A stretch of DNA of 64,000 nt. Origin: a virus. Under the pieces are notes generated by a model. The model saw only the letters and a program-made list of their open reading frames with translations, ran no database searches and was not told the DNA's origin. The stretch is from IMG/VR virus record IMGVR_UViG_3300046323_000360, positions 32,192-96,191 of that record; one strand, 5' to 3'. Positions 1 to 9,435 of the stretch are shown here, one piece after another (within the stretch, counting starts at the first letter, position 1; every line of letters starts with the position of its first letter). Made by a program: the position numbers and the translations under genes.

Positions 1-760
1 TTATAACGTCCCGATTGTGGGTATCTATTTCTAGGGTTCCAGTAAAATTCTTATTTATACCGGTTATTGTTTCAGTAGTATATCCGGTAGCAGTTTTAGT
101 AATAGTTGCAGTACCAGAAGAGTAAGTACCTGATATTTCAAAGATAATTGGGGTTCTCACATTGCCAGAATTAGTTACAGTTACTCCGCTACTAATCACA
201 TTAGCGGTCTTATAGCCGCCATCGGTAGCTACATACTCGTATTTAATGGGGTCAGCTGCACGAAGTCCGATAGAGAACTCTGTTCTACCTCTAGCAGTGA
301 CAGTTGCAATATCTGGACGACCGTTTAGCCGCACAAAGGTAGTTTTAGGGGTAGATTCATTTACAGTAAGCCAATCACCCTCATATACAAGGCTAGTTGC
401 TGATATAAGTGTATTCCTAGCTGCCTCAACCTTAGACGGGTCAGGTGTTAAAAATACACCACTAAGCGTGATATCACGAGCTGCCCAGCGACCTCTGGCA
501 TCATATGATCCATCACCCCACCCGCGAGCTAGTTCTGGCATCTGAGGGTCTGGATGCTCCCACCAGCCCTGTATGTCTGTACAAACCCATACAACGCCAT
601 TGGCATCCACCGTATTGAGAGTTAAACTACCTAGAGATATGTCAGCATTGAGCTGCATACCGGTAACGTATGGATACGGATACTTAGTAAGAGCAATATT
701 TACTTGCTTATTTTCAGCAGCCTGAGTACCCGGATTAGTAGTTAAGCTTGGATCTACCAT
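1..760 (-). CDS. distal tail (Dit)-like minor tail protein, runs off the left window edge
   Basis: Not in the ORF track. ATG at 758-760 overlaps the tape measure stop (TAATG). My translation reads MVDPSLTTNP...VWVCTDIQGWW...GDGSYDARGRWAARDITLSG...FSIGLRAADPIKY. Position directly after the TMP fits Dit. Confidence 0.75.
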   Translation of the reverse strand, partial: MVDPSLTTNPGTQAAENKQVNIALTKYPYPYVTGMQLNADISLGSLTLNTVDANGVVWVCTDIQGWWEHPDPQMPELARGWGDGSYDARGRWAARDITLSGVFLTPDPSKVEAARNTLISATSLVYEGDWLTVNESTPKTTFVRLNGRPDIATVTARGRTEFSIGLRAADPIKYEYVATDGGYKTANVISSGVTVTNSGNVRTPIIFEISGTYSSGTATITKTATGYTTETITGINKNFTGTLEIDTHNRDVI

Positions 761-3700
761 TAGATTGTTCCCTTACGAATCTCGAATGCAATTCTTCTAG
801 ATACCATTTCTGCTAGTGAACGTTCATCCATACCAGGAGATGGATTTATGACCATGTTTATGGTAGGGGCTGTTTTAACTGATTGGTTGTTATTAATTCT
901 ATCTAGTAGCTCCCTATTCTCAGAGGTTGCCCTAGCATTGATTATATATTCACCATTTGAAAGCATCGCTGGTATCGAGTCAGAGCGGGATGTTCCAGCA
1001 CCAGATACATAACCACCAGGAGCTAGACGCTTAACATATCCACCATTGGCAAATCCGACAAATCCACCATCTTTTTTCTTAGGACCTGTAAGCCATCCAA
1101 AGATGTTATCCCAAAAACCAGAACCCTTACCGTAATTCTTTTTTATACTCTCTAGTTTTTCAGTAGCTTTACCAGTATTCGCATCTACAGAAATTTGAAT
1201 ATCTTTAGGGGTACCTAGAAGTGTATCTGCTAAAGTTTTTGCTTTATCTTTTGTTAGTCCCATTTTTTCGGCTGCCTTGACAAGGGATTCTCTACCCTTA
1301 TCCATTGATTTGGTGAGCTCATCGGTATTTCCAGTAGCCTTATAGATAGCAGTAGCTTGGTTAACTGCTGATCTAGCTAGGTCATCAAGTGCTGACTGGT
1401 TACTTCTACCAGCAGCTGTAGTGATATCTAGATTTTTACCATTAGTTTTTACTGACTCAGTTACGCTATCTACTGCAGCTTCAAATCTTCTGACTGCATC
1501 TCTAGTGTCAAGATTGGTCTTACCAAATCCTAAAATCTTGTCAGAAAGCCACTGAACTTTTTTAGATGCATTATCTGCAGCAGTATCGACGCCACCTAAA
1601 CCACTAGCCATAATATTTGAATAATCACCACCGCGCTGCATAGCAATATTTAGAAGCGTAGTATCATCTGTAGCCATTCCTGCATTTCTAGCAGTCTCCG
1701 CCAACTGGGTCTTCAGTTCTGGCATAGCTTCTAAGAATCGACGTGCATCAGCGTCAGTCATCTGGTATGCCTTGGTAAGCTCTAAAAATTTAGAAGAAGC
1801 ATCAGGAATAGAGCTACCAGCAAGCTGAGCCAGTGCAGATCCAGTATTTCCAATAGCGGTCTCAACTTTTGTCCAGTCAGACTCTTTATCAAACCAGTCC
1901 TGAGTACCACCTATACTCTTACCAAATCCAGTATTTTCTTTACTTAGTGCAGCCAATACTAGTTTCATTTTATCGCCACTAGTAGCTAAGTCATCCATAC
2001 TGGTTATATAGGTATTTAGATGTACAATTGGGGTATCTCCAATCATACCGCTTATCTCTCTCTTAACATACATGATGTTTCCACCAGTATCTTTGAGAGC
2101 CTCTTTCATGACATCTACACCAGATTTACCTGATAAAAATGCATTTCTAATTTTTTCGCCTGAAGTTACAGAATCTTTTTTAGCCTGCTCTAGTTGGTCA
2201 TTTAGAGCTATAACTCCAGCAACAACAGCGCCAATAATGCCTACTACACCAAAAGCACCTTTAAGGACCACACCAAACTTACCAACAGCAGTGGTTGCGG
2301 TGGTAAAAGCACCTGGAAGCCCCTTAATCATATTGTAGGGGCCTAGTATGACACCAGCAATAATCTTAAATCCAAAGCTAAATGCTTTGTGTAGAGTACC
2401 AACTGCTAGAGCTACACCTGAAATCTGAGTAACTATATTGACTAAACTCTTGAAAGTCTCATTATTAAGCGCATCCGCTGCAAATTTAGCGACATTTCTA
2501 AGAGTGCCAAAGTATACATTTATTTGCCCACTATCTGCAAAAATAGAAGCAATTTTAGTAATTTGAACTATCAAATCAGCAAGGATAGGTCCTGCTTTGG
2601 CTCCCTCGCGCAACATGCTACCTAGGTAAGGAGCACCTAGAGCTAAGGTATCAAAAGTTTTTTTAATTTCTGGCATATCAGCAAGCTTGCCAATTTCAGA
2701 AACTAAAGAACCAACTGACTGAAGAATAGCTTTAGAGTTTTTAGAGGCACCTAGAAAATAACCCTGAAGGTTTGCTTTGCCCATGTTCTCTGAGAGTTCT
2801 GCCCACTTTTTAGTGGCACCCTTAAGCCAGTTAAGCATATACTGACCACCACCAACAGTACCAAAGTTGGCTTTTATAATGTCACCTAAGAAGTTGAAAC
2901 TATTGCCAAAAACCTTGCCAAAATCAGCAGCTAGTTCTCCAGATCTATTAAAGAACTTTTCCAACTCCCCGGATGCTGCTTTAGTATCTAAGAAGTTACT
3001 GAAGGTTTCGCTTTGCTTCTCTAGATAGCCTACAAAACGACGAGTCAAGGGGTCAGCAGCTTTGATTATTGTTAGTAGACTGCTATAAACATTTCCTGCA
3101 ATATTCCCAAAAGAAGGTAGCAATCTTGCCATATTATCTAGAACATCTTGTAGATTAGCTAGATTCTTTGGAGATAGTAGTTTATCCGTGAAGTTGGCAG
3201 CAGCTAGTCCCATTGCCTGACCTATCCTATAAAATCCAGTCTGTAGGATTTTAGGGAGCGGAGATGCAACAATTCTTTCTAGCTGATCCTGCAAGATAGG
3301 TAGAAATCCTTTAGCAGCTGCTTCTTTTAGATCATCTAGGAGCGGTTTGAGACTAGCTAAATACTGCGCAAACTTTTTTTGACTAGGTGTTAGACCTGCA
3401 TAAGGGTCTGCACCACCACCTGAAGCATCTTTATTAGCATCTTTAGCTGATTTAGCTTTACGAAGTGCTAGTTCTGCTTCATTGTATGCTAGCTGCGCTT
3501 CCCTACGAGCTACGCTATTCCCAGGTAGATCCTGGGTCCTTAGCAGTGCCTCTCTAGCTTTTTCTAAATTAAGTGCAGCCCTGTCAACAGTGAGCGCTGC
3601 CTCTTCTGCATCAAATCCTATTTGCTTTAGTGATTTGCCGTACCCACCGTTGGCTTTAGTAGCAGCTTGCACTGCTTTCATTATACCACCTAGTGCTAGC

Positions 3701-4056
3701 TTTGCAACTCCAAAGCCAACTTTCAAGGTAATCATTGCACTACCTAAAGCTGCTATAGACCCAGCGGCCCCTCCAGCAGCTCCAACTATAGCACCTAGAC
3801 CTCCGACTAGGTCAGATACTCCAGCAGCTAAAGTTCCTACAGCTGTCTGAAGTTTGAAACTTGCTTTAGCTAGAGATGTCCATTTATCTTTAGCTGCCTC
3901 AGCCTCTCTTGCAAAGTCAGACTTAAAAGTCTTAGCTATACTTTGACCAGTTTTTTTAATGGTATCTTCGGCACCATCAAAACCACGCCTAATGTCATCT
4001 TTAACACTAGTAGTTATAGCACGAACGACAATATGAGCCTCGCCTACTACAGCCAT
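760..4056 (-). CDS. tape measure protein
   Basis: 1098 aa, Ala/Gly-rich helical repeats, hydrophobic central segment, C-terminal GG..GAGTSRSDSIPAMLSNGEYII motif typical of actinophage TMPs; follows the chaperone pair. Confidence 0.92.
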   Translation of the reverse strand: MAVVGEAHIVVRAITTSVKDDIRRGFDGAEDTIKKTGQSIAKTFKSDFAREAEAAKDKWTSLAKASFKLQTAVGTLAAGVSDLVGGLGAIVGAAGGAAGSIAALGSAMITLKVGFGVAKLALGGIMKAVQAATKANGGYGKSLKQIGFDAEEAALTVDRAALNLEKAREALLRTQDLPGNSVARREAQLAYNEAELALRKAKSAKDANKDASGGGADPYAGLTPSQKKFAQYLASLKPLLDDLKEAAAKGFLPILQDQLERIVASPLPKILQTGFYRIGQAMGLAAANFTDKLLSPKNLANLQDVLDNMARLLPSFGNIAGNVYSSLLTIIKAADPLTRRFVGYLEKQSETFSNFLDTKAASGELEKFFNRSGELAADFGKVFGNSFNFLGDIIKANFGTVGGGQYMLNWLKGATKKWAELSENMGKANLQGYFLGASKNSKAILQSVGSLVSEIGKLADMPEIKKTFDTLALGAPYLGSMLREGAKAGPILADLIVQITKIASIFADSGQINVYFGTLRNVAKFAADALNNETFKSLVNIVTQISGVALAVGTLHKAFSFGFKIIAGVILGPYNMIKGLPGAFTTATTAVGKFGVVLKGAFGVVGIIGAVVAGVIALNDQLEQAKKDSVTSGEKIRNAFLSGKSGVDVMKEALKDTGGNIMYVKREISGMIGDTPIVHLNTYITSMDDLATSGDKMKLVLAALSKENTGFGKSIGGTQDWFDKESDWTKVETAIGNTGSALAQLAGSSIPDASSKFLELTKAYQMTDADARRFLEAMPELKTQLAETARNAGMATDDTTLLNIAMQRGGDYSNIMASGLGGVDTAADNASKKVQWLSDKILGFGKTNLDTRDAVRRFEAAVDSVTESVKTNGKNLDITTAAGRSNQSALDDLARSAVNQATAIYKATGNTDELTKSMDKGRESLVKAAEKMGLTKDKAKTLADTLLGTPKDIQISVDANTGKATEKLESIKKNYGKGSGFWDNIFGWLTGPKKKDGGFVGFANGGYVKRLAPGGYVSGAGTSRSDSIPAMLSNGEYIINARATSENRELLDRINNNQSVKTAPTINMVINPSPGMDERSLAEMVSRRIAFEIRKGTI

Positions 4057-4089
4057 TTAACTACTCCTACTCTCTATTAAAGACGGCAA

Positions 4090-4452
4090 CTATCCAATTG
4101 GTGCGTCTAGAACATCTCCAAATGGATTCATAGAATCTGGATTGAATTCCGTTGGTTCTATATATGGTTTTAGTTCAATACCATCTTCTGATTTTGTAGG
4201 TTCAGGTTTCTCTATTACTGCATATGCATAATCTTTTTCATACATTGCTTTATATAGCCTGATTCTACGTCTTTCAGTTATGATGGCATGTTCCTGGGAG
4301 ATAAAACTATTGTCTTCTTCAAAGAAATAATGAATAACATCTAACATGTCTGATGCTTCCATCTGTAGTAGATGTATATCGTTCACTATTGCCTTTCCGT
4401 TAACGTAGTGCCAGAGGTCTATTGCCCAGTCGATTAGTCCTCTGGCTGCTGA
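4090..4452 (-). CDS. tail assembly chaperone, -1 frameshift extension (gpGT-like)
   Basis: The frame of ORF 4090..4386 stays open up to the slippery CCCAAAT at 4452-4458 (PKSAARGLIDWAIDLWHYVNGKAIVNDIH...). Confidence 0.85.
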   Translation of the reverse strand, partial: SAARGLIDWAIDLWHYVNGKAIVNDIHLLQMEASDMLDVIHYFFEEDNSFISQEHAIITERRRIRLYKAMYEKDYAYAVIEKPEPTKSEDGIELKPYIEPTEFNPDSMNPFGDVLDAPIG

Positions 4453-4772
4453 TTTGGGCGGTTAGTATACTCTGACATTAGCCACGATACAATCTCGCTT
4501 AGGGTCTCAACAGGAACTACTTTGTCCTTATCTTTAACTAGAGCATCAAAACGCTCGAAGCTCTCATTAATAAGTACATGAGAGAAAAAATCATTGATCA
4601 TGCGCAAAGATCCGACGGAATCACTCTCATCATTTGCAGCCGAGATAAGTTCAATAAGGAATCTGCCTTGAATAGCCTTTACACAAAAAAACTCTTCACC
4701 ATGTATCTTGAAGGAGATAGGCTCTACGTTTTCTTGATCTGGTCCAGAACCAAAGTCTTTGAATCTAGTCAT
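4434..4772 (-). CDS. tail assembly chaperone (gpG-like)
   Basis: 112 aa, lies between tail completion genes and TMP, in-frame C CCA AAT heptamer near its 3' end. Confidence 0.85.
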   Translation of the reverse strand: MTRFKDFGSGPDQENVEPISFKIHGEEFFCVKAIQGRFLIELISAANDESDSVGSLRMINDFFSHVLINESFERFDALVKDKDKVVPVETLSEIVSWLMSEYTNRPNQQPED

Positions 4773-4848
4773 TTTTTTCTTTCTTGTTATTTGTATTTGT
4801 ATTTAGGTATTTACCTGATATAAGTTTATCAAAATAAAAAACTGTCTA

Positions 4849-5391
4849 TTAGTACTTAAAGTGTCTAAGTTGACGGCTTAGGTATGGATTAGGTCTAGTT
4901 CCAGGGTGTAAAACTCTCTGACTTCTAATAATTTTAGATCCAGATCTAAATACCAAAACTCCACCTTCATCCTTAGGAGCGATAAAATGAGGTTTAGATC
5001 CGTTATGATGTAGCAGGGCATAACTCAGGTTGGATCCCATTATTACGGTCTGCCCCCTGGAGTCAGCAGTGTGAGTTTTATATAAAGACTTTCTAAGTGC
5101 TCCAGTTCTAACACCAACTTGAGCCTTAGCACCATACATAGCCATAGTGCTACGTCGCTCTAGGTCTTTCCAAAGCCCTCCGGCTGGAGTATGTAGTTCC
5201 AGATTTAGTGCCCATTCGTAGAACTTAATATCCTTATAACTCAGTGTCATAGTTATGTTTGTAGTTCTAAAAGCTACACCAGTTGCTTGTCTAGTTGATC
5301 TTCCAGATCTTCTAGATCTAGTAGATTTTCTAAGTGCCTTACCTACATAGTAGCCACCTATGCTATCTCCGATTAGCCCGTATGCTGGCAT
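4849..5391 (-). CDS. tail completion / HK97 gp10-like neck protein
   Basis: VRTGALRKS...SNLSYALLHHNG...HPGTRPNPYL motifs; position in head-tail module. Confidence 0.7.
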   Translation of the reverse strand: MPAYGLIGDSIGGYYVGKALRKSTRSRRSGRSTRQATGVAFRTTNITMTLSYKDIKFYEWALNLELHTPAGGLWKDLERRSTMAMYGAKAQVGVRTGALRKSLYKTHTADSRGQTVIMGSNLSYALLHHNGSKPHFIAPKDEGGVLVFRSGSKIIRSQRVLHPGTRPNPYLSRQLRHFKY

Positions 5392-5392
5392 T

Positions 5393-5899
5393 TTATGGTA
5401 CCGCCATGGTTATAGTCATATTGGTAGTTTGGAATCCACCCTCGGGACCAGAAGTCTCTAGAGTAGCTATCACACCTATTCCATAACCAGTTTCATCCCA
5501 TTGGTCAAGTAGGTTTATAGATTCCATCAAAATCCAAGAATCTATAGCCACCATCTCAGAGGCTATCTGTATTTTTTCTGGAGAAGGTGGTCTACCATTT
5601 TGACCAACTATGGGAGTTGCTCTAGATATAGAAATATTCAAAGTAGCACTACGAGGGACATGGCAACGCTGTGGCTCATTTACCTGAGCTCCAGGGGTAC
5701 CTAAAAACATCTGAGCAAATGAGACAACCAACTGCTCGCAGTCGATAGCTGGTTGACCCATCGTCCAGTAGCAACGGTTAGGGAGACTAACGTTATAAGA
5801 CTGGAATACTGTCTGGATGCGCTCTAAGACGCCTTCCATCATATCTCTTAGATTTGTGGCGTCTTCTGCAGCACCGCTTATATCAATAGCGGTTGCCAT
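5393..5899 (-). CDS. tail terminator-like protein
   Basis: 168 aa, PAIDCEQLVV / GPEGG motifs as in cluster-B-type neck genes; synteny. Confidence 0.6.
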   Translation of the reverse strand: MATAIDISGAAEDATNLRDMMEGVLERIQTVFQSYNVSLPNRCYWTMGQPAIDCEQLVVSFAQMFLGTPGAQVNEPQRCHVPRSATLNISISRATPIVGQNGRPPSPEKIQIASEMVAIDSWILMESINLLDQWDETGYGIGVIATLETSGPEGGFQTTNMTITMAVP

Positions 5900-5902
5900 T
5901 TA

Positions 5903-6115
5903 TTAGCCCTCTACTACTGGCTCTTCAGCTGCAACAACTACTTCTTCAATTACGGCAACTACCTCTTCAACTACAGCAACTGGCTCTTCTACAACTGGAG
6001 CAGCCTTAGCAGCTTTGGTACCCTTCAGAGCTGGAGCTGGCTTAGCAACTACTACCTCTGGCTTAGCGGTACCGAGCATGTCTTCCGCACGGAAGTTTGT
6101 CTGGATTCCTGACAT
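5903..6115 (-). CDS. small Ala/Val/Glu-rich hypothetical protein
   Basis: 70-aa ORF tightly packed between neck genes. Confidence 0.55.
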   Translation of the reverse strand: MSGIQTNFRAEDMLGTAKPEVVVAKPAPALKGTKAAKAAPVVEEPVAVVEEVVAVIEEVVVAAEEPVVEG

Positions 6116-6123
6116 TTTTATTC

Positions 6124-7242
6124 CTAACTATACATCTTGATCTGGAGGTTTCCAGATGCTACTGTTACAATATTTTCCACGCCATCGATTGTTTTGGTGG
6201 CATATAGAGTCCATGTACCCGGATCTATCATACCTAGAGCTGAAACAGCCTTACTGTAAGGTACAGTAAATGAAACTGTATCAGTTCCCTGATCGACAGT
6301 GATGCTACTTGAATCTAAATCAACAGATACAGATTCACCGTAGTTTTGTAGTGTAACTTCTGCAGCCCATCCGTCTTCAGGGAAGAAGTTACTCAAATCT
6401 AGTCCAAGGCCAGTTGATGACCACCCAGCTGAGTCATCACTAGTAGGCTGTACAACTATGTCATAGTCGACACCAGAAGCAAGTTTAAGTGGTTTTGGCG
6501 AGTAGCGACGTGCTCTAGGAGTGTCCACAGAGAATACTTTTGCCTTTTTACGAGCATTATCTGGGTTTACTGTCTTAAGGAAAAGGTCAACAACTAGAAG
6601 ACCAGTACGAAGTTCAGCAATAAATTCTTGATTGTCTAGGATTGTATATGAAACACCCTGACGAGAAACCGAAGTAACACGCTGTGGCAGCTGGCATGTG
6701 TCATCATCTGACCAGAGTTTAATAAATTCTGTAGCTAGAGTTCTGGCAGCCATTTTTCCTGCTACTGGAACAGGAGTACCGTAGGAATAAGTAACTTCGG
6801 TATTACAAGGTGTCCAAGCAGTTCCAGCTTTAACGTGAATAGTTGAGTGATCAACTAGGTAATAGTTACTAGGGTTGATAATCGCACCAACACGGTTGCG
6901 CATCGAGTGAATCTTAGTTACTGGACGCCCGCGCAATTTAATGCGAGAGTCAGGAGACATACCGTCAGCAGTTAGCTCTGAGTATTCATCGTAATCCCCC
7001 GAAGGAATATTGTAGACGTCTCCACCAAAAAGGATTGGGCTGGTGGTCTTTCTAGATGGACCTAATCTATTGTTTCTCAAGGTACATGTGTAACGCTCGG
7101 TTACAGTAGTCTCACCAGTATATTTTCTACCTGACATAGCCCAGAGTAGGTACGAAGCCATCTTAATTGCTTCAGTAGTGAACTCGGTATAGGCGTAGTT
7201 ATCTCCCAGCTCTTCGGCTGTGATCCATAGATTGTTACCCAT
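6124..7242 (-). CDS. head-to-tail adaptor with C-terminal extension
   Basis: ASYLLWAMSGRKY and CQLPQRVTSVSRQGVSY...TGLLVVDLFLKTVNP motifs typical of actinophage adaptors. Confidence 0.75.
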   Translation of the reverse strand: MGNNLWITAEELGDNYAYTEFTTEAIKMASYLLWAMSGRKYTGETTVTERYTCTLRNNRLGPSRKTTSPILFGGDVYNIPSGDYDEYSELTADGMSPDSRIKLRGRPVTKIHSMRNRVGAIINPSNYYLVDHSTIHVKAGTAWTPCNTEVTYSYGTPVPVAGKMAARTLATEFIKLWSDDDTCQLPQRVTSVSRQGVSYTILDNQEFIAELRTGLLVVDLFLKTVNPDNARKKAKVFSVDTPRARRYSPKPLKLASGVDYDIVVQPTSDDSAGWSSTGLGLDLSNFFPEDGWAAEVTLQNYGESVSVDLDSSSITVDQGTDTVSFTVPYSKAVSALGMIDPGTWTLYATKTIDGVENIVTVASGNLQIKMYS

Positions 7243-7265
7243 AATATACCTCTTATATAAGTTTA

Positions 7266-7307
7266 AACGGGTGACAGACTAGTGATTAGACCAGTCCGCC
7301 ACCCGTT
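7266..7307 (-). terminator. stem-loop after major tail gene
   Basis: AACGGGTG...CACCCGTT inverted repeat directly after the stop codon; no strong U-tract. Confidence 0.45.
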
Positions 7308-7319
7308 AACTGTTATGAC

Positions 7320-8444
7320 TTACGCGCCGGTTTCGTTACCGATGATGATGCGGTCTACAGTAGCATCAGCGTTGTAGTTGATGTTACCTGGAACGTTATA
7401 TGCACCAGCAGCCACTGGGTCAGTAAGTGTAGTAACTGCAATAGGAGCTGGGTGGCTCTCGGTAGTAGCATTGGTTACAGTTACACGAGCACCAGAGGTT
7501 ACTATGAACGAAGCAACGTTAGCTGTAATCGAGCTGTTAACAAAGTTAACTGTGTTAGCGACAACGTTAGCAACTGTACGAGTACCGTTGAATAGTTCTC
7601 CAACATTCTGAATGTATAGAGTGTCGCCAGCTTCAATTGCAGGAGCAGCACTAAATACAAGGCTAGCAACAGTGTTAGCAAGTGCAGCAGATGCACTGTT
7701 AATCGAAATCGTGTTAGCGACGTAGTTAGTTGCTGTGTTAGCGAGGAATACGACCTGGTCAGTCGAGTTATCGGTCCAGGTGTAGAAGCCCTTAAGACCA
7801 GTAGGTGCCCATGAAGTACGTGCATATGCGTATGGACGCTCTGCAGCAACTGGGAACTCCCAGCGACCATCAATTCCACCCTGGAAGCTAGCATTCCCAA
7901 GACCGAAGCCTTCGAAGGTGTTAGCCATCAGACCGTTTTCAATAACGCGGTCACCAGACTGACGCATCTTCACGTATGGGAATACCCAGTGGTAGTAAGG
8001 AAGAGTGCTTGAGCGCTTTCCATCCTTTACAGCATATGACCAAGCTTCGATTGAAACACCGTTACCAGCAGGGTCATCGCCAACACCAGGAGAAGCCCAA
8101 CCAACAGATTTAGTGTTTGGGTCTTCGGCTGATCCAATGTTCTTGCGAAGAAGGAGACCACCAGAGATTAGAGCTGAAAGCTCAGGATCTGGCTCACAAA
8201 TAGCGAGCTCCATGGTGATTCTCTTAAGAGTGTCCGGGGCTTTGTATGTCACACATACAACACCATTTGCACCCTTTTCAGTGATCTCGTCGCCCTCTTC
8301 ATATTCAGGGGTAAACGAAATACGCATGAAGGCAGAAGTGGTGTACGAGTCACCAGGTCCTGTCAACAGGTTTCCTGCAGCATCCAAGCGGGTGACACGG
8401 ATTGACACACCCTGGATGCTAGCAGCATATTCTTGAGTAGCCAT
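7320..8444 (-). CDS. major tail protein with C-terminal beta-rich extension
   Basis: SIRVTRLDAAG...PEYEEGDEITEKGANGVVC...LAICEPDPEL, typical of actinophage tail tube proteins. Confidence 0.85.
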   Translation of the reverse strand: MATQEYAASIQGVSIRVTRLDAAGNLLTGPGDSYTTSAFMRISFTPEYEEGDEITEKGANGVVCVTYKAPDTLKRITMELAICEPDPELSALISGGLLLRKNIGSAEDPNTKSVGWASPGVGDDPAGNGVSIEAWSYAVKDGKRSSTLPYYHWVFPYVKMRQSGDRVIENGLMANTFEGFGLGNASFQGGIDGRWEFPVAAERPYAYARTSWAPTGLKGFYTWTDNSTDQVVFLANTATNYVANTISINSASAALANTVASLVFSAAPAIEAGDTLYIQNVGELFNGTRTVANVVANTVNFVNSSITANVASFIVTSGARVTVTNATTESHPAPIAVTTLTDPVAAGAYNVPGNINYNADATVDRIIIGNETGA

Positions 8445-8470
8445 AAGCTATTTCTCCTTGGTTATCTTGT

Positions 8471-9349
8471 TTAAGCTGCGGTCAGGTCGACGCGAACAGC
8501 TAGGTGTATCGAGGTGTCAAAGTAAACCGCAGCTGGGCGGATTGCCTTGAGTCTCATGTCATTCTGGTTTCCTGCGACATCATAGGCTTGACCTAGATTA
8601 TCGTTTACGACATCGACATCTCCGATATACACTCGGACAGTTCCTGTTCCGTAAATCCATTTATTAGATACAGAAGCAGTAGCCCCTGTAGCACCATCAG
8701 GACCAGTTCCTGTATATCCTGATCCGGTCACAACTGGAGTACCGCCCATCGTCTGTAGGTGGTCTTTCTCCTTGTTGTGGAAAAGCATTTGGCTATTACT
8801 TGAAAGAATAGCAACAACATCGCGAGTGGCGTGAATAATTCCTTGCTCACCGGCATGAGAAGCTTCAGCAATTCCCTGCTCTAAAATAGATAAAGCACGT
8901 TTGGCAGAAACAGCAGTTCCACCATTAAGAACTACAACTCCAGTAGAGGTAAGAGCTTTATTAGGGTGACTAGTAGCTTTACGAATAGCTCCATCCCAGA
9001 GCTCTTGCTCGATGGCACGCTGAGTAGTGGCTTCAAGCTGACGCTTAATACGAGCAACCCGGTCAATTCCTCTAAAACCTAGAGCTGAGCGGTCTTCCTG
9101 AACTTCGATGAAGAAAGGTTTGATTTCATCATAATAATTTACTGATCCAGCGCCAGCAATTTGAGTCTCATTAGCATTGGTGTCATCTACGTTGTAGAGA
9201 GCATAAAGGTCGGTTTCCCACTCCTGTGAAAATCCACGTACCCAGTGGTCTTCGTTAGGGTCAGTGACAGCATCTACTACAGCAAGTAGGCCAAAAGCGG
9301 AGGGCACAATCTTTGGTGCCTCTACAACGCCATTCTTTGGGAAAGCCAT
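8471..9349 (-). CDS. second capsid protein (Rosebush-type pentamer/minor capsid protein)
   Basis: 292 aa immediately after the major capsid gene; AIEQELWDG and GTPVVTGSGY motifs; cluster-B-like synteny. Confidence 0.6.
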   Translation of the reverse strand: MAFPKNGVVEAPKIVPSAFGLLAVVDAVTDPNEDHWVRGFSQEWETDLYALYNVDDTNANETQIAGAGSVNYYDEIKPFFIEVQEDRSALGFRGIDRVARIKRQLEATTQRAIEQELWDGAIRKATSHPNKALTSTGVVVLNGGTAVSAKRALSILEQGIAEASHAGEQGIIHATRDVVAILSSNSQMLFHNKEKDHLQTMGGTPVVTGSGYTGTGPDGATGATASVSNKWIYGTGTVRVYIGDVDVVNDNLGQAYDVAGNQNDMRLKAIRPAAVYFDTSIHLAVRVDLTAA

Positions 9350-9435
9350 TTCAATCCTTAATATAAATCTGTTTGTGTTTTGTATCGGGGGAGCCAGTTT
9401 CCTGGCTCCCCTTCAACATTTACTTCAATCGAGTA

